DNA from: Candidatus Marinacidobacterales bacterium
GTDB lineage: Bacteria; Acidobacteriota; Vicinamibacteria; Marinacidobacterales; DATDRI01
Direction: 5' to 3'
Length of the DNA stretch: 64,000 nt
Assembly: GCA_965226495.1 (NCBI GenBank)
Contig: OZ245365.1
Location: 3,200,001 to 3,264,000 of the forward strand
Part shown: positions 31,847 to 42,454 of the stretch, in pieces
How positions within the stretch are numbered: the stretch's first letter is position 1
Layout of the letters: each line of letters begins with the position of its first letter
Program-made: the position numbers and the translations under genes
The notes under the pieces: model-generated
The model's input: the letters and a program-made list of their open reading frames with translations, nothing else
The model's database searches: none
Told to the model about the DNA's origin: nothing

Positions 31847-33331
31847 ATGGCGTCCGCCACTATCATCGCCGTTCTCGTCGTCTACCTCGTCGTCCTCCTT
31901 GTCATCGGTGCTTGGGCGAGCCGCGACTCGACGACCGTAGCCGGCTACTACCTTGCCGAGAAGCAACTCCCCTCTTGGGTGATCGCCTTCAGTTCAAATT
32001 CCACCGGCGAAAGCGCTTGGCTGCTCCTTGGGCTCACCGGCATGGGCTACATGATCGGAATCCATGCCGTTTGGATTGTGCTCGGTGAAGTCTTGGGTGT
32101 CGCTCTCGGCTGGGCGTACGTCGCGCTCCCCTTCAAGGAGTACACCGACCGTTACGATTCCATCACCGTCCCCGACTATCTGGAGAGCCGCTTCCGCGAC
32201 CGGCACCACGTCATCCGACTGGTGAGCTTCGTCATCATCTTTACCATGGTTACCGCCTATACGGCCGCACAACTCACTGCATCGGGAAAAGCCTTCAGTT
32301 CCTTTCTCGGAACGAGCTACACCGGGGGCGTGCTCATAGGTGCCGCCGTCATTCTTTATTACACTTCGGTGGGCGGCTTCAAAGCGGTCGCGTACAGCGA
32401 TTTGCTGCAGGGCATCCTGATGTTCGGCGGCCTTCTAGTGCTCCCCATCGTTGGCATCGCGGCTGCCGGCGGATGGGGCGAGACGATGTCGCAGCTGCAC
32501 TCGCAAGATCCCAACCTGCTCTTACCGATGGGAGAGCTCGGATTTTCCACCGCCGGCGTAATAAGCGCCTTGAGCTTCGTCGGGATCGGCTTCGCGTTTC
32601 TCGGCGCCCCGCAGCTCCTCACACGCTTCATGGCCGCCAAGAACCGAGGCGAGATCGTGCGGGGAAGTCTCCTCGCCATCATTTGTATCATCGTGTTCGA
32701 CACCGGTGCGGTTCTCGCCGGCATGGCCGGTCGCGTCTTGTTCCCGAGCCTTTCTGATCCGGAGACCATCCTGCCCACCATGAGCACCGAGCTCTTCCCC
32801 GCTATCTTCACTGGCGTGTTCCTGGTTATCGTTCTCGCGGCGATTATGTCGACGGTGGATTCGCTGCTGATACTGGCTTCGTCCGCGGTGGTGAGAGACG
32901 TGGTGCAGAAGATCTTCCATCCCGATCTTTCCGAGGCTCGACTGTCGCTTTACGGGAAGCTCACCACGGTCGTGATCGGCGCCGGGGCGTTGGTATTCGC
33001 TCTCAGTGAGGTCCGCATGATCTTCTGGTTCATTCTTTTCGCGTGGTCGGGCTTGGCGTCGGCGTTTACCCCGGTCGTTCTCTGCTCACTCTTCTGGAAG
33101 AGAACCACTAGGGCGGGCGCCATCGTCGGGATGGTGGCCGGGTTTCTCACCGCGGTGGTCTGGGTGATCGCTTTGAAGCAGCACTTCTACGACCTTTATG
33201 AGATGATCCCGGGGTTTGCGGCGGGATTCCTAGCAACGATTGTCGTCAGTCTCCTCACCGAACCACCGGAGGGAGCGGACGAAGAATTCGAAGAAGTTTG
33301 GCGGACCATAGGTCAAGACCCAGGGGGTTAG
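31847..33331 (+). CDS. putP: Sodium:solute symporter, PutP-like
   Basis: About 13 TMs; 'SAWLLLGLTG', 'YTSVGGFKAVAYSD', 'GAPQLLTRFM', 'LAAIMSTVDS'. Confidence 0.85.
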   Translation: MASATIIAVLVVYLVVLLVIGAWASRDSTTVAGYYLAEKQLPSWVIAFSSNSTGESAWLLLGLTGMGYMIGIHAVWIVLGEVLGVALGWAYVALPFKEYTDRYDSITVPDYLESRFRDRHHVIRLVSFVIIFTMVTAYTAAQLTASGKAFSSFLGTSYTGGVLIGAAVILYYTSVGGFKAVAYSDLLQGILMFGGLLVLPIVGIAAAGGWGETMSQLHSQDPNLLLPMGELGFSTAGVISALSFVGIGFAFLGAPQLLTRFMAAKNRGEIVRGSLLAIICIIVFDTGAVLAGMAGRVLFPSLSDPETILPTMSTELFPAIFTGVFLVIVLAAIMSTVDSLLILASSAVVRDVVQKIFHPDLSEARLSLYGKLTTVVIGAGALVFALSEVRMIFWFILFAWSGLASAFTPVVLCSLFWKRTTRAGAIVGMVAGFLTAVVWVIALKQHFYDLYEMIPGFAAGFLATIVVSLLTEPPEGADEEFEEVWRTIGQDPGG

Positions 33332-33336
33332 CATCA

Positions 33337-34671
33337 ATGGGAAGAGTTGCTGTAGTTATCGTATTTCTCTCTACTATTTCTTTCGTTTCTTGGGCGGTCG
33401 AGCCTCCAGCCGACGCCGAAAAAAACTGGGGGCAGTGGCGAGGCCCCTCGGCCACGGGCGTCTCACCAGATGGCAATCCGCCGATCGAGTGGAGCGAAAC
33501 CAAGAATGTGCGCTGGAAGATCGAGATCCCCGGCAAGGGATACGGAACACCGGTCATTTGGGGAGATCAACTCTTCGTTCTAACCGCCGTCTCCGTCGGG
33601 GAGCAGGCGGCGCCGGAACCTGAACCCGAAGAGGGTGGCGAGCGCAGGAGAAGACCGAATATCACACCCTCGATGCAGAAGTTCGTCGTCATGGCGATCG
33701 ATCGCCGAGACGGATCCATCCTTTGGGAGAAAACGGCCCGCGAAGAGACTCCTCACGAAGGCACTCACCCTGACGGAAGCTGGGCCTCCGCCTCTGCGAT
33801 CACCGACGGCCAACACGTTTACGCCTACTTCGGCTCGCACGGACTGTACTGCTTCGACATGAACGGCAATCTTGTTTGGGAAGTCGACCTCGGCGAAATG
33901 AAGACCCGGCGAGGCTTCGGCGAAGGCAGTTCGCCGGCGCTTCACGGCGACAAGCTGGTGGTGAACTGGGACCACGAAGAACAATCCTTCATCGTGGCGC
34001 TCGACAAGACCACCGGAAAAGAGCTTTGGAGAACGAACCGCGACGAAATCACATCCTGGTCTTCGCCCCTGATCGTCGAGCACGGTGGCAAGGCGCAGGT
34101 GATCACCAGCGCGACCAACCGCATCCGAAGCTATGACCTCGAGACCGGAAAACAGATTTGGGAAGCGGGTGGGATGACCGTCAACACGATCCCGACCCCG
34201 GTCGCCGCCGACGGCATGGTCTACGCAACGAGCGGATTTCGTGGCAGTGCGCTGCTTGCCATTAACCTAGCGGACGCCAAGGGAAACATCGACGGGTCGG
34301 GAGCCATCGCGTGGAAGTACGACCGAGACACGCCCTACGTGCCGTCACCTCTCCTCTACAAAGACGCGATCTATTTCTTCAAGGTGAACTCGGGGATTCT
34401 TTCCTGCTTCAACGCAAAAACAGGAGAGCCCTACTACGGCCCACAACGTCTTGGAGACGTGATGAACGTCTACGCCTCGCCGGTCGCAGCCCAGGACCGT
34501 GTCTACATCACCGGACGCGGGGGCACGACGTTGGTGATCCGGCATGGACCCAAGTTCGAGGTGCTAGCCACCAACGATCTGGACGACCACATTGACGCGT
34601 CACCGGCGGTCGTGGGCGACACGATTTATCTACGGGGACACAGGAATCTCTACGCTATCGCGGAGGAATAG
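33337..34671 (+). CDS. PQQ-like (BamB-type) beta-propeller exported protein
   Basis: NWGQWRGP, WKIEIPGKG, repeated SSP/TGKELW motifs; start reassigned to ATG 33337. Confidence 0.9.
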   Translation: MGRVAVVIVFLSTISFVSWAVEPPADAEKNWGQWRGPSATGVSPDGNPPIEWSETKNVRWKIEIPGKGYGTPVIWGDQLFVLTAVSVGEQAAPEPEPEEGGERRRRPNITPSMQKFVVMAIDRRDGSILWEKTAREETPHEGTHPDGSWASASAITDGQHVYAYFGSHGLYCFDMNGNLVWEVDLGEMKTRRGFGEGSSPALHGDKLVVNWDHEEQSFIVALDKTTGKELWRTNRDEITSWSSPLIVEHGGKAQVITSATNRIRSYDLETGKQIWEAGGMTVNTIPTPVAADGMVYATSGFRGSALLAINLADAKGNIDGSGAIAWKYDRDTPYVPSPLLYKDAIYFFKVNSGILSCFNAKTGEPYYGPQRLGDVMNVYASPVAAQDRVYITGRGGTTLVIRHGPKFEVLATNDLDDHIDASPAVVGDTIYLRGHRNLYAIAEE

Positions 34672-35734
34672 GGGCGGCGCGGAGGGTCGCCGCTAGGGCT
34701 CGGCCGCGAGAGGCACCAATCTTCCGCTGGATGAACGCCGCACCAAACGTTCGCTCCGCGGTCAGACGATTGTGCGGCCCGCAGTGAAGCCGCAGATTCC
34801 TCTCGTCGTGGCTGCCACCTAACGCAAAGGCCCGCAGGTGCTCAATCTGGAGCCCAGTCCGCGCCCGGCATCGAGTCCCGTCCCGCCCCCGGAACTCACA
34901 TCGGTGACCCGCCCTCTCGTGGACCAATTCGCGGACGTGCGGAGGAATGTAACGAGATCGGGCAGGAACCTTGCCCGGGCAAGGTTTGTCGCCGTCTCTC
35001 GATTTCCGCAGTAGACGCCGTGCACGCTGTCGCTTCAGGTCCTTCTTGTCGAGCGCGATGTCCATCGCCCGCTCCATGATCTCGGCCATGTGTTGGAGGG
35101 GGTTCTCGACGCCGAGAACCTCCGCCAGACGCTCGAACTTGTCTCTGAAATTTCGGTCCGCGGCGAATCGGAAATTGAACACCTCCGGCCGCGCCGGCTC
35201 GAGGATAGTCGGTGACACCCGGGGAGTCGGTCGGACTATCGGTGTTGGGGCCGGTTCCCTCAGAGGCCTGGCGACAGATGGCGCCTTCCGAATCGACGCA
35301 GCAAAGACCGCCTTCGGCCGAAGCGCGACGAGGTATTCGTCGACCTCACGTTTCGTCATCCCGGCGCAGTCGCGTAGAAACCTCTCCACGTTGTCCTCCC
35401 GAAGATGCGGTGCGAGCAATCCAGCGAGCGTAAGGCTTACCCGGTTCTCCGCCAATGCAACGAGTATCTGAGGAAAACGCAATGCAACATTCGCCACCTG
35501 AATCCGCCGGGCGACCGAACCCTCGCTAAGGTTCAAGCGCTTGGTGCAGTACGCAAAGAGATTCCCGTACCCACATTCCAGATGGCCCTTCCTTCTCGAC
35601 ATCTCACTAATGTGAGCGATGACGAGCGCAATGTTTCGCTTCTCGGCACGGACCAATTTTTCGGTGGAGTGATCAAGCTCCTCCGTCGAGAGACTCTCGA
35701 GTTTCTCAAAGTACGTCTTCACTTTTTCGATCAT
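34655..35734 (-). CDS. Stand-alone HNH endonuclease-domain protein (copy 2)
   Basis: 'VHERAGHRC...C...LQIEH...GG...NLRLHCGPHN'; homologous to 12036-13241; GAGGGGG RBS. Confidence 0.85.
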   Translation of the reverse strand: MIEKVKTYFEKLESLSTEELDHSTEKLVRAEKRNIALVIAHISEMSRRKGHLECGYGNLFAYCTKRLNLSEGSVARRIQVANVALRFPQILVALAENRVSLTLAGLLAPHLREDNVERFLRDCAGMTKREVDEYLVALRPKAVFAASIRKAPSVARPLREPAPTPIVRPTPRVSPTILEPARPEVFNFRFAADRNFRDKFERLAEVLGVENPLQHMAEIMERAMDIALDKKDLKRQRARRLLRKSRDGDKPCPGKVPARSRYIPPHVRELVHERAGHRCEFRGRDGTRCRARTGLQIEHLRAFALGGSHDERNLRLHCGPHNRLTAERTFGAAFIQRKIGASRGRALAATLRAAPIPPR

Positions 35735-35961
35735 GAGTATCGCCCCCTCTTTCTAATATACGAGTGGCTTTTGAGTGTGTCTGAACGACGGTTAGACGGA
35801 AGCCAAAGCACCAAAGTGAAAAAGATGCTGAAAGTTTGCGGGGAGGATGCGAGAGGAAACCGGAGCGTGCTAGGAAAGTATTTTCGTTAGCGTTCTATTG
35901 CTTAACGAAATTGTTGAGCGAAACCTGTCAAGTCCTTTTTTGACTTTTTCGGCTGTAACTC

Positions 35962-38850
35962 TTACCTCACCGGGCCCAAGTAGCGGTCCAGCCAGTTGAG
36001 GGTTTCTTTGATGAGCTCCGTCCGCGGTACAGAGTGTCCTTTTTCATACACGAACATCTTCTTGTGCTCTGGCGGTGTTCCAAGAAGTTCGAAGAACGGC
36101 TTTTGGGAAGTCTCGAGAGGGAAGAAAAAGTCGTAACGACCATTGAGCATCAGGACCGGGACCGTTGCGCGCGGGAGGAAGTTGAAAGGATCTACTTCCG
36201 GCTGCGCCCTCTGGAGCATTAGCCCCGCCACATACAGGACTCCGACTTTGAACCTCTCCTCGACCGCCAACATGATGGGTCCCATCGCGCCTCCCCAGCT
36301 AACGCCAAAGTACGCAAGGTTGTCGGCGTCAATATCTTCACGGGTTTCAAGGTAGTCGATCGAACGCTCTAGATCTTTCCCCCACTGGATAACGTGTTCC
36401 TTGTAGAAGTTCGTCTCGTTCTGGTAGTCCGACTTCAGGCCATCCCCGCGTTCGTAGGTGCCTTTGTAGATGGGCCATATGAACGCCCGGCCGCTCTTGA
36501 GGATGAAGTCGGCCCGTCGCGGCCTCAGAGACTCACTCGACCTGGTGTGAATGGCGCCAGAGCCGGGAAAAAAAACAACCGCTTGATACGGTGGGCTTCC
36601 TGACTTCGGCAAAAAAAGATAGGCGAACATTCGCTCGTTTCCGTACCCGGCGTCGAAGGACACCTTTTGTCTCACCCAGTCTTCAGCACTTTGATCCTCG
36701 TACTCGATCTCGGCCTTCAGGTCTGTCTTGTCGTACGCATAAAGCCGTTTATAGACGTCGAAGATCTCGTCAGAAACTGGTTTTTCCTGGCGGTAGTCAC
36801 GATAGGGAACTTCTACACGTGCTGCGAAAGTCGTCAGATCTTCAGATGTGCCAATGGACTTCATGCACCGAAATCCATTAATGGGAGAACGATCAAACGG
36901 ATCCTGGGCATTGGCGTCGTTGAACATGTATACGGCATCACTCCACCCGCCGCCCAAAACGAAGCGTCGGCCTCGCGTGTCCTCGTTCTGACACCACTCC
37001 CGCACATTCCCGGCCATGTCGTAGCTACCCAAGCCACTCATGCCGCGATGACTTCCCACCGGAGCCGGCCCGTCGCCGAAATTGCTGAGGGGAACTAGCT
37101 CACCACTCAACCACGCAGTCGAAGCTTTGTTCCAATGAAAAATTGTCGGAAGGGCCTTGCCAGCATACTCGGCGTAAGCCGCGGCCTCGTACCAACTAAC
37201 ACCCGTCACGGGATAATCATCTTCACTTTCCGAGTGGTCGCCAGCCTCCCAAGTGGCTGGCCCCGGCCTTCCGGTTGCGTCCACGAATTCGGCCATGGCC
37301 TCTTCGAACGAGAGAATGGATCCCTCTTTGGTGAAGTCGTGCTTCCAATATTCGCGCTTCTCGTATCCCCCAGCATCGACAAATTTCTTGAAATCCGCGT
37401 TTGTGACCTCGTATTTGTCGATGAAATAGTCCTCTAGTGGGCCGGGATCGAGATGCTCTAGACCGACGATGAAAAGCTCACCGTCACCCACAGCTCGAAC
37501 CATTCCAGCAGGAACCGTCGATTCCTCGTCCAGAGAAATGTTCACGTCGCGGCGAGCAGCACCCTCTACGGTGGCAAAGCCTTCCTTCGCTATCTTGAAC
37601 TCAAACACACTTCTAGGAACCCTGTGTCCAGCGAGCGGAGTCTCACCCACGTAGCGCCAGTCGCTCTCCCCCGCTTTATACGCTCTGACGTGAACGGCGG
37701 CACCAGCTGGGGCGGTCTCGAAGGATACTTCTCGCGTGAAATCCCGAAAAAATCCTGCGAGGGTTGGATCTTCGGGTAGGTGTTCTTCCGCCTGCACCGC
37801 GAGTTCGAAAGCAGGGAACAACTCGTCTTGCTCCGCCAACTCCATGATCCGTGGTAGTTGCACTCTCGCCCAACGCAACTCGCTCGTCGCTTGAAGAAAC
37901 CAAATCGCTCCCACCGCCGGGGCGAAGATGAGCAAGAACGCCAACAAGAACTTCCACCGGCTTCTCTTTTTTGGAGGCTCCTCGTCAACGACCGCCTGCA
38001 GCTCCGTCGTCGTCTCCTCCGAAAGCGCGTCGATCGCGTTACCGACATCGAGCGCCGTCTGGAAACGTTCGTCGGGATTCTTCTTCAAGCACCAATCAAC
38101 GATTTGCTCGAGGCTCGAGGGAAGGTTGGTTTTTTTCTTAGAGAGCGGCGGCGGTTCCTCCTTGAGGATTGCAGACATGACGACGCCGGCGGACTCTCCA
38201 TGGAAGGCCCTTTCGCCGGTCAGCATTTCATAGAGGATGGCACCGAAGGAGAACACATCCGATCGTTGGTCGGCGGATTGGCCGCGTACTTGCTCGGGAG
38301 ACATGTACCCGACGGTTCCCATGATGGTTCCGGGTTCGGTAGCGCGCGTCTTGGTGGCCGCTGCTTCCCCACCTCCCTCTTCGGCTTGTTTGGCGAGACC
38401 GAAGTCGAGAACCTTGAGCTTCCCGTCCTTAGTTATAAATAGGTTCTCGGGTTTCAGGTCGCGATGCACGATGCCACGCTCATGGGCGGCCGCGAGCCCG
38501 TCGACAGCTTGACGCGCATAGCCGATCGCTTCGACCGGTGACATCGTGCCCTCTTCGAGTCGGTCTCGAAGGGTCTTGCCTTCCAAGAGCTCCGTAACCG
38601 CGAAGGTGACGCCTTGATCCTCACCAAAGTCATGAATGGCAAGTACATTGGGATGGGAGAGAGCCGCTACGGCTCTTGCTTCACGCTCGAAACGCTCGCG
38701 CCGCTCGGGAGAGTCGGCAACGTCCGGGGGAAGTATCTTGAGGGCTACTTTGCGAGCGAGCTTGGTGTCTTGGGCAAGGAAGACTTCTCCCATTCCTCCG
38801 CTGCCGAGCTTTTCCAGGACCTTGTAGCGGCCAAGCGTTTTGCCAACCAC
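35962..38850 (-). CDS. Ser/Thr kinase fused to FGE/SUMF1-like and alpha/beta-hydrolase domains
   Basis: Kinase motifs; TM; FIDKYEVTN, PVTGVSWYEA and DMAGNVREW (FGE-like); GVSWG and C-terminal GH (hydrolase); likely GTG start at 38850 after GGAGGAA. Confidence 0.9.
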   Translation of the reverse strand: MVGKTLGRYKVLEKLGSGGMGEVFLAQDTKLARKVALKILPPDVADSPERRERFEREARAVAALSHPNVLAIHDFGEDQGVTFAVTELLEGKTLRDRLEEGTMSPVEAIGYARQAVDGLAAAHERGIVHRDLKPENLFITKDGKLKVLDFGLAKQAEEGGGEAAATKTRATEPGTIMGTVGYMSPEQVRGQSADQRSDVFSFGAILYEMLTGERAFHGESAGVVMSAILKEEPPPLSKKKTNLPSSLEQIVDWCLKKNPDERFQTALDVGNAIDALSEETTTELQAVVDEEPPKKRSRWKFLLAFLLIFAPAVGAIWFLQATSELRWARVQLPRIMELAEQDELFPAFELAVQAEEHLPEDPTLAGFFRDFTREVSFETAPAGAAVHVRAYKAGESDWRYVGETPLAGHRVPRSVFEFKIAKEGFATVEGAARRDVNISLDEESTVPAGMVRAVGDGELFIVGLEHLDPGPLEDYFIDKYEVTNADFKKFVDAGGYEKREYWKHDFTKEGSILSFEEAMAEFVDATGRPGPATWEAGDHSESEDDYPVTGVSWYEAAAYAEYAGKALPTIFHWNKASTAWLSGELVPLSNFGDGPAPVGSHRGMSGLGSYDMAGNVREWCQNEDTRGRRFVLGGGWSDAVYMFNDANAQDPFDRSPINGFRCMKSIGTSEDLTTFAARVEVPYRDYRQEKPVSDEIFDVYKRLYAYDKTDLKAEIEYEDQSAEDWVRQKVSFDAGYGNERMFAYLFLPKSGSPPYQAVVFFPGSGAIHTRSSESLRPRRADFILKSGRAFIWPIYKGTYERGDGLKSDYQNETNFYKEHVIQWGKDLERSIDYLETREDIDADNLAYFGVSWGGAMGPIMLAVEERFKVGVLYVAGLMLQRAQPEVDPFNFLPRATVPVLMLNGRYDFFFPLETSQKPFFELLGTPPEHKKMFVYEKGHSVPRTELIKETLNWLDRYLGPVR

Positions 38851-38981
38851 GAGTTCCTCCCGAGCGGATGTCGGCGACCCGAAGACTGTCGGAGTGCGAC
38901 GGCGCCGATTATACCCCCGGGCGGCATGCAAAACACAGCGCTTGACAAAATTGGACCAAATCGCTTCTTTGTACCCGCGAG

Positions 38982-39326
38982 ATGCCGCGAGCCGCACGCA
39001 AGCAAAGCGCCTGGAACGAAGTGTATCGAATCGTTCGACGTATCCCCCACGGAAGAGTGATGAACTACGGTCAGATCGCGCAACTTCTCAAGCGGCCGCT
39101 CTCCGCACGGGCGGTCGGCTGGGCGATGCGGCAATGTCCCGAAGGCCTCCCCTGGCACCGTGTGGTGAACGCTTCCGGAGGCTGCTCGACCGATCACCTG
39201 CCAGACCACCCGCCGGGCCTTCAACGTGCCCTATTGGAAGCAGAAGGCGTGCGCTTCCGCCAAGACAATACCCTCGAGCTCTCCCGATACCGCTGGTCAC
39301 CTAGAAAACGTCGCGCCACTAGCTAG
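38982..39326 (+). CDS. atl: Alkyltransferase-like (ATL/YbaZ-type MGMT family) protein
   Basis: IPHGRVMNYGQIA, ARAVG and PWHRVV (Trp in place of the catalytic Cys of PCHR). Confidence 0.9.
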   Translation: MPRAARKQSAWNEVYRIVRRIPHGRVMNYGQIAQLLKRPLSARAVGWAMRQCPEGLPWHRVVNASGGCSTDHLPDHPPGLQRALLEAEGVRFRQDNTLELSRYRWSPRKRRATS

Positions 39327-39383
39327 ACGGGTCCGGCGGCGGCATGGTATAAGCCAGCCAGCCAGTAACGAGGGAGGGACCCA

Positions 39384-41852
39384 ATGACAAAGCGGCTTTT
39401 TCTCTTCGTGATTGTCTACATTCCACTTTTCGCACTGACGACGTTTGCGCAGGAAACCGGTCGCCTCTCAGGCCGCGTCGCGCGTGAAGACGGAACGGGC
39501 GTCGGAGGCGTCACCGTCGTCATCAACGAAATCTCGATGGCTGACATCACGGACCAGGGAGGGACCTTCGCCTTCGACGACGTGCCGGTAGGAACGTACT
39601 CGATCACGTTCATCTTGGGCGAAAGCTCCGACTCGGAGTCCGGCATCGAGGTAACGGCTGGCATGACGGCAACCGTCGAAAAAGCGGTCGACTGGGAGAT
39701 CGGTTTCGTCGAAACGATGACCGTGACTTCGGCTTCCATGCAAAGGGAGCGGATCGTAGAGGCGCCAGCCGCCATAAGTGTCGTCACCGAAGAACAGATC
39801 GCCAGTAAAGCCGCCTTCGGTCAGGTTCCAAAACTGGTGGAGTTCACGCCGGGCGCCAATGTGACGCAGAGCGGACTCTACGATTTCAACGTCAACACGC
39901 GCGGTTTCAATACCTCGTTGAACCGCCGCGTGGCCACCCTCATCGACGGTCGAAATCCCGCCGTGCCGTTTCTGGGCGCGCAAGAATGGGCCGCCATTTC
40001 GTTCCCCGTTGATGATTTGGCAAGCGTCGAGTTCTTGCGGGGCCCTAGCGCTGCGCTCTATGGCGCGAATGCTTCCAGTGGCGTCCTGAACCTGACCTCG
40101 AAAGCCCCCCGGGAATCCCAGGGCGGCCAGGTTCGCTTCACCGTCGGAGAGATCGATACCGTGAACCTCGACTTCCGCTGGGCGGGAGGGCTAGGCAACG
40201 ATTGGTACATGAAGGCCGTGGCCGGGATGCGGAGAACGGGAGACTTCACGGTGTCGCGCACGTTCAACCCGACCGATCCGCTCGGCTCTGTCGAGTACGC
40301 CGTACCCTGCCTTGCACCGGGCCAAATCGATTGCCTACCTTTGGAGCGCGCACCACTAAACCCACTGGATGACGACGAGGTCTATTTCGGTGGCCTCCGC
40401 CTCGACAAGTACCTCCAGAACGGCAGTTTCTTCACCGTCGAAGGAGGCATGGCCACCGTCAAGGGTCCTGTCTTCCAAACTGGACTGGGGCGGGTTCAAT
40501 TGGGGGGGTCGGTGGACGGAAACGGTTCAGCGGTCAAACGCCCATGGGCGCGATTCAATTTCACGGCGCCGCGGTGGAACTTCCTCGCCTACTACACCGG
40601 TCGTAATGCTCCGAACCAATTGAACCTCCGACCCGGCAACAATTTCGCCTTGGACACGTTCAATCTGCAGTTCGAAGGCCAGTACAACTGGACCTTTGCC
40701 CAAGACAAAGTCAGAGTGGTTTTGGGGGGCGCCTATGGGCATGAAGACATCAACAGTGCCGATCCAGACACCGGAAGACAGACCCTCATGTTCGAGCCGG
40801 TCGCTTCAGACCGCGGAGCTGTTTTCGGCCAGGCGGATTGGAACATCACCGATCGGGTCAAGATCATCTTCGCGGGCCGATTCGACGACAGCACCCTGTA
40901 CAATGCCCAGTTCTCACCCAAGGCGGCCATCGTTTACAACTTCGACCCCAATCACACGATTCGCTTTACATACAACCGCGCCTTCCAAGTAGCCAATTAC
41001 TCTGAGTTCTTCCTGCAGGGGGACGTAGCAGCACCGGCCGACCTGAGCGGCCTCGAGGCCTTCTGCACGCCATTTGGTGTGAACTGCGGCTTCACCAATC
41101 CGACTCGCGTCCTTGCCCTTGGCAACGAAAGCCTCGCGGTCGAGGAGATCCAGACATTCGAGGTCGGCTATGCCGGGATCATCCAGCAGAAAGCCTTCTT
41201 CACCGTCGACTACTACAACAGCCGAGCCAACGATTTCATCACCGACCTATTGCCGCAGCTCGGAAGTTTCCCGGGCCGGCGAACCAACCCCAACTTCGGT
41301 CCGTGGGAGGGCCCCGATGGACTGCCTCCGCCTGTCGTGACCGCCATACGCGGCCTGGCTCCGCCGATACTCTCGAACAACCTCGACGGCTCCAACATCC
41401 TGGCGGCGGTGTCATACACGAACTTCGGTGAAGTGGACACGCAGGGCATCGAGATCGGCCTGAACTACTACTTCTTGGATCCGTGGAGGTTTACGTTGGC
41501 CTACTCGTGGTTCGATTTCGAGTCCAAGGAGAATCCGGCATTCGATCGTCTGCTCGCGCCCAATTCACCGGAGCACACGTTTAGGACCGGGCTCGGATAC
41601 AGGACCGACCGCTGGGATGCCGACTTCGGCGTCCGCTGGGTGGACGATTTCTTCTGGGCGGTGGGAGTCTTCCAAGGACCGGTGGAGTCTTACACGACGG
41701 TCGACTTGAGTGCTAACTTCCGCATCGTTGATCACTGGAAGGTCGGCACCAACATCTCGAACTTGTTCGACAGCGTGCACTATGAGGCATTCGGGGGAGA
41801 CCTCCTGGCGCGGAGGGCATTGGTTTACGTGGCTTTCGATTGGCAGAACTAG
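39384..41852 (+). CDS. TonB-dependent receptor with N-terminal carboxypeptidase-regulatory-like domain
   Basis: Signal peptide; ETMTVTS; plug 'VEFLRGPSAALYGANASSGVLN'; C-terminal NISNLFD. Confidence 0.93.
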   Translation: MTKRLFLFVIVYIPLFALTTFAQETGRLSGRVAREDGTGVGGVTVVINEISMADITDQGGTFAFDDVPVGTYSITFILGESSDSESGIEVTAGMTATVEKAVDWEIGFVETMTVTSASMQRERIVEAPAAISVVTEEQIASKAAFGQVPKLVEFTPGANVTQSGLYDFNVNTRGFNTSLNRRVATLIDGRNPAVPFLGAQEWAAISFPVDDLASVEFLRGPSAALYGANASSGVLNLTSKAPRESQGGQVRFTVGEIDTVNLDFRWAGGLGNDWYMKAVAGMRRTGDFTVSRTFNPTDPLGSVEYAVPCLAPGQIDCLPLERAPLNPLDDDEVYFGGLRLDKYLQNGSFFTVEGGMATVKGPVFQTGLGRVQLGGSVDGNGSAVKRPWARFNFTAPRWNFLAYYTGRNAPNQLNLRPGNNFALDTFNLQFEGQYNWTFAQDKVRVVLGGAYGHEDINSADPDTGRQTLMFEPVASDRGAVFGQADWNITDRVKIIFAGRFDDSTLYNAQFSPKAAIVYNFDPNHTIRFTYNRAFQVANYSEFFLQGDVAAPADLSGLEAFCTPFGVNCGFTNPTRVLALGNESLAVEEIQTFEVGYAGIIQQKAFFTVDYYNSRANDFITDLLPQLGSFPGRRTNPNFGPWEGPDGLPPPVVTAIRGLAPPILSNNLDGSNILAAVSYTNFGEVDTQGIEIGLNYYFLDPWRFTLAYSWFDFESKENPAFDRLLAPNSPEHTFRTGLGYRTDRWDADFGVRWVDDFFWAVGVFQGPVESYTTVDLSANFRIVDHWKVGTNISNLFDSVHYEAFGGDLLARRALVYVAFDWQN

Positions 41853-41896
41853 GAGGCGACTGGCAGAACCAAAGGCAGTCGAAACTCGCCGGCGGC

Positions 41897-42274
41897 TTAG
41901 AGGCAGTCTGACGTCGGCTTCGGCTTCTTGACGACCAAAACCTTCATCGAGTCGCACGGCTCGGTGTGGTGGGACCAGCTGACGCCGATCGCGTTATGGG
42001 GCCCGTCGGGCAAGTTGAGCTCGACCGGCGGCTTCGCAGCCAACGTGGTCTGGGTACCCAACGGCAGTCCAAAAGACTTGCGGAAGGACTCGACCGCTTT
42101 ATCAAGCTGACCATCCTCGGCCAAGCTGAGCCCTCGATAGAAGTTCACCGTCGAGGAGAAGGCCGCAAGACCTGGGACCTTCCAACCGGATGAATGGGCA
42201 GGAACCAGGAGTATCCCGATCAAAACGACGACGAAGGTTGTCGCCTTGACGTCGGTAGGAACTCGAGCCCACAT
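41897..42274 (-). CDS. Hypothetical small exported protein
   Basis: Hydrophobic N-terminus; fills the gap; sigma-54-like site upstream; start uncertain. Confidence 0.45.
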   Translation of the reverse strand: MWARVPTDVKATTFVVVLIGILLVPAHSSGWKVPGLAAFSSTVNFYRGLSLAEDGQLDKAVESFRKSFGLPLGTQTTLAAKPPVELNLPDGPHNAIGVSWSHHTEPCDSMKVLVVKKPKPTSDCL

Positions 42275-42288
42275 CTTGGGGTTCCATG

Positions 42289-42304
42289 TGCAAGGCGGAT
42301 GCCA
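42289..42304 (-). promoter_or_regulatory. Sigma-54 (-24/-12) promoter candidate
   Basis: TGGCATCCGCCTTGCA on the minus strand matches TGGCAC-N5-TTGC. Confidence 0.5.
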
Positions 42305-42454
42305 GCTCTGCGCGATCGAATGAAGGACCGACCCATTCCATAAGCATTTTGATTTGAAACACTTACCGGCGGACCCCAGCTCGCGGCCTAGACGCTGGTT
42401 TGGGAACGTGCAAAGAAATTAGACAAGCCGCTGGCGATCCGTTACAACTTCGTA

